Source of the DNA: Eledone cirrhosa
Lineage: Eukaryota
Direction of reading: 5' to 3'
NCBI GenBank assembly: GCA_964016885.1
Contig: OZ024742.1
Location: forward strand, 331,886,001 to 331,950,000
DNA length: 64,000 bases
The notes under the pieces are model-generated. The model saw nothing but the letters and a program-made list of their open reading frames with translations, was not told where the DNA came from and made no database searches. Both the position numbers and the translations under genes were made by a program. Shown here one piece after another: positions 54,394 through 64,000 of the stretch; within the stretch, counting starts at the first letter, position 1, and each line of letters begins with the position of its first letter.

Positions 54394-55837
54394 TATTTTT
54401 TTTTATACCGTGGATAGTTTTGGTAGTAGTAGTGGTATTAGTGTTAGTTTTAGTGGTTTTGTTGTTTTTTCTTTTATCGGTTTTCTCTTTCTACTCCGCT
54501 GATGGCGGTGGCAGTGTCACATCTTTTAATTTCGGGAAATTAATTTGGTATTTTTCATTTATTTCCTATGACATGTTGTTGTTGCTGTTGTTATTTATGC
54601 TGCTGTTTTCACTGATTTATGAAATGATTAAACTTCGGCTGTTCCATTTTGGGGACAGCCGGCTGTTCTGTTTTGCGGACGAAACATCATCGTTCGCCAT
54701 TCTTCATTCCACAAAAAATTGATTTGAAAAAATAACATGGGTTAAGTTCTTAAGGGATACATGTAAAGATAAAACAACCAGCTCACGAAAGATTTTGTTT
54801 TGTTTAACTATGGAGCTATAACAAATGTCCAATAAAATGTTGTATGTCAATGAGGATATCAATAAGCATACGAGACATACTGGTAATACGTGTTGATAGA
54901 CCAACAAACATAATAATAGTAATAATGATCATATGCGGAGGGGGAGAAGGAAGAAGAAGTTGGAAAGGAAAACGGAGAATAAAAGAAGAAAACCAATAAG
55001 AAAACAAGTTAAATGTAGGAATTAATGTTTACGTTAGAATGAATTAATGTTGATTCGTATTAATTACATCTAATTAATGATGTGCCATGATTCTATAGAA
55101 CTGGGAATTTTTTGGAACCAACGAATTCAAGAATTTGAAGTCTGTTAATCATGTTGAAGAGACACGCAACACGATAGAAGAAGAAAAAAAGAAATGAGTG
55201 TTGCACGAAGGTCTATGTTTCTTTTCTTAATTGAATTCAAATTGGGGATCAAATCATTTTCATTTATTTCTTTTTTAATTAAGAATTCGATAAAGTAAAG
55301 AAAAAGTTTACCAATCAGCCACAAGAATGGTTATGTGCTTAATGAGTCCCCTTCGCAAACACATGATTCTGGCTTCTGACCTGCTGATTGGTACATTGGT
55401 AATTTACTTTACCTACGTAGTTTCCAGTGCCTTGTGAGTGAGATTGCATAGACGGAAACTGCGGGAGCCCGTCGTGTATAATATGTGAGACTAGTTAATA
55501 AAATAACAGACCACATCACATGCATGTGGTATGAAGCCTTTTTCAACAAGTACCAGCATGGCAGCTCACTGAACAGGCATGAGTGATTACATTCCATGAA
55601 TTCCCATAAAAAATTCCTGAACTTGGACTTCGAATTAAACCTACTGAACACATTCGCAAGGATCAAATTTCCTAAGTCTCATAAGAACTTTCAGAATAAG
55701 TTGTAAAATGGCATTCAGAATATAAAATCACTAAAGTTTGACATTTTCAGACAAAATTAAATTGTTTACCTAGTATATAGAAACACATACGCCCACGCAT
55801 TATTAACTTTATTACAGCTGAACCAAACGCCTATAAT

Positions 55838-56016
55838 AATTGTTTCTACTTTTGGCACAAGGCCAGCAATTACCCAATGAATTACTGGTACTTAATGTTA
55901 TCGACCACGTAAGGATGAAAAGCAAAGTTAACCTGAGCGGGATTTGAAGTCAGACCATAAAGAGCCGTAACTATTTGCTGCAAAGCATGGCGTCCCACCC
56001 TTTACCGATACTGCCA
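55838..56016 (-). mobile_element. SINE
   Basis: Reverse complement of the 23289 family, with aataattgtttctact tail. Confidence 0.8.
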
Positions 56017-56029
56017 ATAATACTAGTAG

Positions 56030-57130
56030 AGGAGTGAAGCAAATAACGACCAAGTTAATGTTAGAAGGATAGATTAAAAACACTACCAGAACATAATGGA
56101 TTTATTAGCACAAAGGATGATAAAACTATGTGTAGACTAAGAAACTTAGCCACATCTGGAATTGATATATATCACAAAAATATCTGATGGAATACTAATA
56201 TCAATATTAGGAGGGCCATTGACCTAGCATAATAGAGGAATAGTGGGGAAGCTATGTGTCGGTGTAGCAGTATAATGATAGGGGAAATCCAGGTTTATTC
56301 AATGTTGACAGATCTTTAAACTTCAATCTCCAGAAACATTTTAGATGTAGCCCTAGATTCCGCACATACAATCCAACCCATAGAGGGGTGAGAACTGTAA
56401 AATAATGCATATAAGAAGAACGTTTCTCTGGGGTACTGAATGGGAAAACCACGGAGCTCTGTTGAAGTTCGTGGGCTTGTTTTAGGGCAGGCATGTAAAA
56501 TATGGTTTGGTTACATTCACTGGACACACGAGGAGTTTCTCTTACGTACACTTCAGTCAATAAATAGACGACACCCCTGCGATAGCCAATAATACAGCAA
56601 AACATCTTAAAATATATTATAATACCATTAACCACTTCGGTTTAAAATACCTATAGACACCCTTATAACCACTGCGAACCACTTAGATATCACCGTATAC
56701 CCAAAGAATAACGCATACAAACTATTCAGAAAACCGAATAGTAGGTTATACTATATTAGTATTGAATGCAACCAGTCCTCGCTAGTGTCAACATATTTAG
56801 TCAAAAATATAGGTAGAATAATTTACAACCTCTATTCACGCAGATTTATCTATAATAAAACAGCCCACTCTTTCAACCATATATTAAATGTGGATTATAG
56901 GGGAAAATTAGCTACATCGTTTGATTAACGCCACGAAAGAGAAATAAACAGCAAATCATTACTTGATTCAATATAGATTTCTCAATGACCGTTAAAACTA
57001 ATATCAACAATGATCTAGCTTTAATAGACAAACCGCGACAAAACCATAATTCTTTAGAAAAGGTATTTCACAGGCGTAGACTTATTATTAGTTTTATTTC
57101 AACGCCTAATTTTGAAAACTTAATCACTAA
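56030..57130 (+). pseudogene. Highly decayed PLE reverse transcriptase fragment
   Basis: IDDT; KPNSRLYYISIECNQS and IIT*FNIDFSMTVKTNI align by eye with PLE-A KPNENLKYINKGSCHP and IIWF..YSLAVKTNV. Confidence 0.6.
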
Positions 57131-58174
57131 TTAATTACCACTAGCTAATGCAGCCATATAATCATTTAGGAAGAGATATACTGGCCTGAAACGAGAAGCT
57201 GTAATCTACGATTTCGATCTCAGAGAACGGCAAATCAAACAGCATTAAAATAGTCATACAGCGTCGTTCTGTGACCGGAATAATAAAGGAACAAAACAAA
57301 AGCAAAATATGCAAATCCTTACAGAGCAGGAACAGACACCTCCTTCAGGTATGGTCACCAGGTGACGAAATGTTTACAGTGTGCTAAAAGCATCCCATTT
57401 CATATATCCGACATCTGATAGCTGTACCAATGCATGTCATATGAACGAAAAACTTATTCTATAAGTACCTGCAGACATGCAGGAAAATTTTCTGACTTTA
57501 AGATCAGATATACCCAATGCTGTATTTAAAGATGATGCTACGTTTTTACATCTCAGATAACAAGCAATCGCGAATATATATGTGCACATCTGCACATCAT
57601 GTCTGCATGTGTGTGTACATATGTAGCTATATACACAATATATCACCCACGTTTTCCACTAACGTGGCTTCACATAATATATTAAGTTAGTACACACCCA
57701 ACTATCTGACCTTATATATGAGTGTGTATGTCTATATGTGTGTGCATATGAGTGAGCATTTTTATATGTTTATACAACTGTTAGCAATAAAGAGACAGTC
57801 AGTACCTAAATATCTCCCACACACACCTGATACCAACACACTTGTATATCGACCAGTGCATACACAGACAAATCCCTAGCATCAGATTAAAAACAAGAAG
57901 AAAAATTGATAATTGATCATATGGACCATGAACAAATTCCAATCCGACAATATGCACATTCAAAAACTGTTGATTCGTATATTCTGTATGAGAGAGGAAT
58001 TTCAAATAATGGAAGTCGCGCTGTCAAAGATTAAAGCCTATTGAACATGAATATGTTTAAAGCCATTATCTAAACACCATGTAGAAAATGCTATATATAA
58101 TTGGTGTGGGATGCTTAAAGCGTCCGTAATCGGTAGGCCGTTTGAGCACCCAATGTTCTTACAGAGCAGAGTAT

Positions 58175-58861
58175 AATATCACATAAGAAACGGAGAATCA
58201 GTGGTGCGACGAATAAAATGTATTAGACATATTACAATCATTTCTCTGGCGACCAGCTCGAGGCACGTTCGATGCAATGATCGAACCTGACTCTGAAATC
58301 GAAAGATCCTCAGATACGTCTCGATTTCTACGAAGCGGAGTTTCCATATGTCCAGTTACACCCACGGCCTTCACTCGGTAGCTTAAATCCTGTTGTTGAC
58401 TTTTGATAAGTGGTCAAGAATTGTACACGTCATCGGTATTTTTAGCCACTCATTGCCGTCTTATATTTGTTTCCTTTCATTTGCCACCTGTCAAACAAAG
58501 TTGTTTCTTATATCGGAATTGCTACCGTAGGAGGTAAGGGGCTGTATGATTGAACCGCTCGTGCCGTGTCGCAGCCTTCCCGGCCTGTAGTCGCCCACAC
58601 CGATGCCCATATGTATCACGCAGGCGTGATACATATGGGCACTTATACACCCACAGCAATCACATACACACCCGCAACTGTAACTGGACATTTGGAATCT
58701 CTGCTTCGTAGAATCGAGACGTAGCTGAGGATCTTGCGATTTCATAGTCAGGTTCGATCATTGCATCGATTATGCCTCGAGCTGGTCGCCAGAGAAACGA
58801 TTGTAATATGTCTAATAAATGTTATTCGTTGCACCACTGATTCTCCGTTTATTATGTGATA

Positions 58862-58862
<1 letters not shown>
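58175..58862. repeat. Inverted repeat, ~190-bp arms, ~310-bp spacer
   Basis: 58175-58362 is inverted against 58673-58862; right end abuts (TA)n. Confidence 0.8.
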
Positions 58863-58941
<79 letters not shown>

Positions 58942-59188
58942 TATATATGTATCGTATGTAGAAAAGTAACACACGAGTTGATATATATATAAACAAATAA
59001 TAGAAATGAAAAAGGTTATTTTTAGTAGAAAATGATGAAGAGATTTTTTCAGTGAAATATCAAAACATTAATTTATTTACAATACCGGTTTCAACATTAT
59101 ATGCATTGTCAATTGCGGATAAAAAGAAAAATGGTAAGTTGCATATTTGTACAAATAGTGATGATAATAATAATAATAATAATAATAA

Positions 59189-59232
<44 letters not shown>

Positions 59233-59480
59233 CTTTCTTTATTAACCACAAGGGTTTACATAAAGTAGACATTAAGGACAGTACAGGACTATACAGGAAG
59301 GTACAAATGGGCATATCTGCGTGTAAAAAAAAAAACAGAAGATGTAATAAAAAATAACAATGAAAAATTCCCCAATAGGGGGGAGACTTCCGAGGGACAT
59401 TTGTGGAGAAAGCCCATTAAAAGGCCACAGTGACCCTGACCACCAGGGCAAGTGCCCTCTCGCAGTTTTCCACCTTTAAT

Positions 59481-62400
59481 TTACAGACACATACTCAGAG
59501 TAGGCCCATTCACTCGGGCCATACTTGCTTCTCTCACCCATCTTTCAACAAAATGCTGGGAAGCGAGCACTTTCCTCTCTACCCTGATTTTCCTTTTCAA
59601 ATGAAATTTGAAAAAGTTAATCAGGGCGTCACCGAAGAGGTAAGTGCTCGTCTTCAGCCCTTTCAAACGTGTCCACCATACAATCTCTTTCGCCATGGCC
59701 ACCAGACAGATAAAAACTGCCTGCCCTTTGCCGGCTAAAGGAAGAGGGCGGGGTAATCATCACGATGGACTCAGCTGATAGATGGATCCGTCCTACAAGT
59801 GACAGCAGGTGTTCGACAAAAACCCACAAGTCAGCAATGCTCGGACACTGGACGAGTGCGTGCAGGACGGTTTCGTCGCCCTGCGCGCATCTCGGACATG
59901 CACGGCTGACGGCACCTCCATGGCTGTAGAGTTTATCCAGAACTGGCAAAGATCCTCGGTAGCACTGCCAGGCCAGGGATTGTTGGAAGTTGTCCATAGG
60001 CCCCGGCCCGAAAATCCTTCCGAAGAGATTGGCTAGTTGATTTTCATCGACGCCTAGAGTTTCTCTAAGTACGTCGTCGCTCTTCCTCTCCATTAATCAT
60101 CTATAGAACACCAAGGTGGAGGTTCCACCGATCACATTGCCCGATTGGTCGAGGGCTGTGAGCGCCTGAAGACATTCAAGTCTCCAAGCAATCCCTCTCG
60201 GTCTTCGCTTGACCCAGGACTGCAGCTCCGTCAAGGAGACGAGCTGGGGAAAGACGTGTCTAACAAACGGCGACCACACCTGATCACCGTCGAGGAAGAG
60301 GTGGAGTTGTCGTAGCCTGGGCGCGTGTCTGCGCATCATCAGCCACGGCACGCACAGCCCTCCATGTAGCGGGTGTTGACAGCAGATGGACCGCCTGACC
60401 ATCGGAGTGCGTCCCTTCCACAAAAAGCGAAAGAGCAGACGCTCCAGTGCAGTCAGGCGAAGATTAGGACAAGGTATGACGGTCAGGCGGTAGTAGATGA
60501 CGGACGCGATGTCCGCGTTAGCCACCTACGCTAGCCCTTTCAGGGATAGCTTCCTCCCGCCCATTTCTGGGTGAGAGAAGCCACTCTGCTCGTCACCTCG
60601 TCCCAGTTTTTGTCCGTCTGGAGGTCCGGACCGAACCAGTCCCCTAGCAATTTAACCGGTCCGACCATCCAGCGCCCCACGACGCTGTTGGACGGCATGG
60701 ACCTGCTTCTCCAGGTGCCGAGCTGCAGCTCCACTAACTTTTGCTGGTTGATCATTGCTGCTGTCACCGCTTCGTATTCTCTTAGTGTAGTGCCGATTGC
60801 CTCAATGTGTTTGGCGTTCGACACCACTACGGTGACATCGTCCGCATATGCTGACACGGATCTTCCGCATCCTAGTTCGCGCGGGACCAACCTCAACGTC
60901 TCCAGTTTATGCACTAATGGCTCGAGAGTCAATACGTACAAGAGGGACGAGAGGGGTCTTCATTGGCTGACCGAGCGCATGATGTTGAACGGTTCCGAAA
61001 AGTGACCGTTCACTCTCACCACAGAGCAGATGTCGCTGTGCATGGAACGATCCAGCCTCTGAAGACGGGCCCAAAGCCAGCCGCCCTCAGGACTGCCGCT
61101 AGGTAACGATGGTTGACCCTATCGAAAGTTTTCGACTGATCTAAATTGATCAAGGACCCACCCGTGCCAGGTTACCTAGCTACCCTCGCTACGATGTATC
61201 GCATGAGGTGGAGGTTGTCGTGGATGGATCTGTAAGAATGGCGCATGTCTGCGCCTCTCTCACCAGACCACCAACGACAAGCGCCAGCCTCTTTGCTAGC
61301 ACCTTGACCAAAATCTTGAACTCTGTGTTTAGCAGAGTTATGGGCCTGAAATTATCTATGTTATCCTCCTTGTTCGGATCCTTTCTCAGCAGCGCCACCG
61401 CTCCTCAGCTCACAAAGCTGGGAATTCTCCCGTTCTGTTGCCAGTTGCAGTAGACGTCCGCCAAGAGGCCTCCGAATAAGCCTGGCATTTGTAGTTCATA
61501 GGGCAGACCATCCAAACCAGACGATTTCCCCCTTGTGCAGCCAGTCATTGCCGCCCGTACTCCAGCGGCTGTTATCGGCTTTTTGCAACACTCCACCTCA
61601 GTGGCCGAGAGCCGCGGCGGTTCTTCGAGGTAGACGCTAAAGTCCCTCCCTCGATCCGGCCCGCAGCTGCCACCGAACATTTGAGCGAAGTGTCGCTGAA
61701 AATCTTCACACATTTGCCCGGGATCGAGTAGCATGCGCCCGTCGTGTTCCACCAAAGACCGGATCGTGGCTTTCTTGCGACGACGCGCCTCCGCCACTCG
61801 GGCCCATTGAACGGCTTTCGTCCCGTCGTGTCTGAGAGCACGCACCCTAGCTCTGACAACACAGCGTTCGTGCTTTGCATTGAAGAATTGGTCAAGGGCC
61901 AATTTCGCCGCAATTACGTCGGTCGCGATACTTTGCTAAGCGCCTCGTCTAATTTTCTAACTAGTTCTCCCTCTGCTCTATTTTTCTCTATAGCTAAAGC
62001 CTTACTAAACTTAATGGACTCTATTCTAATCGCTCTTTTCAGAGCAAACCACCATTTGTTGTTGACGATGGCCCCCATCAACGCTCGCTTAACTAGTTCG
62101 CTAATCCGGTCTCTGTAGGCCTTGCGCGCTGGTAAGGACGCGTTTAGCTTCCAGTAGCCGGGTCCTCGTCAAGCACACAGATTACGAATTTGTGGTCCGT
62201 GTAGTTGACTATCTTGAATTGTGGACAGCCTATGCTAGACCTATCTATTTCTCTACAAAATACTCTATCTAGATATGATCTGGATGACCCTATGCCATTT
62301 GGCCAAGTCCACATTGGCACATTTGGGAAATCCATCGGTACCTGTCAGACAGTTCAAAACGCCTGAGCACCCTCCTCCCCTATCCGCTAATCCCACTCAC

Positions 62401-62757
62401 TCCTAGCATGCATCTAAGATCCCGTTCCAGTCGCCCACTAACACAAAAGAGCGGGACGTTCCTAGAAAGGTCTCCAGACGCCGGAAGAAATCAGGCCGCC
62501 CTGCTCTTGCCTTTCTCCGCTGGTCACGTCCAGCACCACCAACTTACCTTCTGGGTACAGGAAGATGGCCCGTATGGCGAGATCCAAACCTCTCCGAAAA
62601 AGCACAACAACTCCTTCCCCCGATCCCGGACGATTCTGGTCTCGCTGATGGCCACTACATCTATGTTTAGTGACCTGAGGTCGTTGAGCAGGTGGCCCTG
62701 CTTCCATGACGACCCCAAGCTACGCGCATTTATGCTGCCTATTCTGAGTGAGGTCAT
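59481..62757 (-). pseudogene. Tx1 ORF2 (APE + RT + C-terminal Zn finger), frameshifted
   Basis: MTSLRIGSINARSL..ISET; SYLDRVF; TDHK; GKSSGLDGLPYE; NFRPITLLN; SAYADDV; CPRC..ETVLHALVQC. Confidence 0.9.
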
Positions 62758-62790
62758 GTTGAAACGTGTGAAAAAGATGGGAAAGACCAC

Positions 62791-64000
62791 TTACCTTACT
62801 TCTTCTCGCAGAGAAAGGATGGTTTCACCATCCCTTTTCAGTTGATCGTCTGGTGAAGGGACCGTTGAATTGCCCCTTCGGCTGGTCGTCGGCTCTTCAG
62901 TGAGTATATCCGAATATACGCTCCGGTTGAGTGTCTCTCCTAGGTCTCTGAAATCACCAACTGCGTTGGGGAATTTCGTTTTAATGTTTCTGTATTGTTT
63001 CTATGATATTTTTACCAGCCTTATGTTCGTTGGTGGTTTGATTGGTGCTGGTATTATGTAGTGGTGCTGTGAAATGTCTGTGTGTTCAATTATGTAAGTA
63101 ATTAATTTCTTGTTGTGTGTATTTATTGCTGTGCATTTGTTTTTTCTGGGGGCGGTGTGTGGTTCTGCTATTTTCTTGTCGTTGTTGCTGGGTGTGTGTG
63201 TTTTGTTGTGTTTGCGATGTCGGTGCTTGTGGTGGTGGTGTTGAAGGTGTTGTTGTTGTTGGCGGTGGGGTTGCCTCCGGTGGTGATGGTGGTGCTAGTG
63301 TGGGTGGTGATGGTGTTGGTGGTCTTGCTGCTGTAAGTCTTTTTGCAGAAGCCTTTACTCTTTTCTTCGTTTCTTTCCTCACTTTTTGAAGGCGACGATG
63401 CGCTGCTTCTGCGTTTGTGCCTTCTTGCGCCTTTTGCCATCCCTCTTCCACCTCACACTCCATGTCCGATTCTGTGAGGTCGGCGAGGGTTACCAGCTTC
63501 ACTCTTTCAATTGTTGTTGTTGGTGATGTTTGCAGTGGAGTCTCTGTTGCAGCTGCAGTTGGTATGCTGTTGTTGTTGTTAATACTTCCACTGTTGCTGC
63601 TGTTCTTGATTTCCGTGGCGTGGGTTTGGGTGCCACGGACCTATCCTTCCTGGTTGCCGCCTGTACTGTTGCTGGTAGCAGTGGAGCCGGTTTCGGAAGG
63701 AGGGTTTTTTTTCTCCTTTCTCAGGGTGTTCTCCTTGCAGAAGGCCCTGAGGTGAGTCTTCGATACACAACGAAAGCATTTCGGGTGTTTGCTCTCAACA
63801 CTTATGGGCAGTTGAGTGCCGTTATCGAAGTCTATCACATCCGGGATAGCTTCGATGCACTCCTGGTTGGTTTGGATTAACATCTCAATGGAGGTGCCGA
63901 CCCAATCTTCTCGTACTTTTTTCTGTACTTGCAGTACCGTTGTTTTGTCCTCGATTCCAACAAGGACAGACGCGGCCAACCAAGAAGGGGCCATCCCGGG
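62791..64000 (-). pseudogene. Tx1 ORF1 (gag-like CCHC), frameshifted, partial
   Basis: PKCFRCVSKTHLRAFC; low-complexity P/T/Q tail. Confidence 0.75.

Larger units (their letters stand above)
59164..64000 (-). mobile_element. Tx1/L1-type LINE, 5' end beyond the window, with (ATT)n 3' tail
   Basis: ORF1 with CCHC; ORF2 APE-RT-Zn finger; tail at 59164-59230. Confidence 0.9.

Overview
AT-rich eukaryotic, repeat-dominated DNA with dense (TA)n/(CA)n microsatellites and no host gene I can support. The SINE families suggest an octopod/cephalopod genome (inference). Coding content is decayed retroelements: two near-full Penelope-like elements (PLE; RT + C-terminal GIY-YIG), several PLE fragments, an RTE-type LINE with a PHD-like finger inside its RT, and a Tx1/L1-type LINE. 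The main signal is non-coding. By eye I find about 25 type I hammerhead ribozyme (HHR) motifs, intact or decayed, from about 10 sequence-unrelated families. They sit in PLE terminal repeats and in small non-coding tandem or fold-back elements (retrozyme-like, 320-545 nt monomers), nearly all abutting (TA)n. Variants include an expanded, covarying and possibly bistable stem II, a U3-A8 core, and frequent non-Watson-Crick 10.1-11.1 pairs. All folds were assigned manually; activity is untested and boundaries are approximate.
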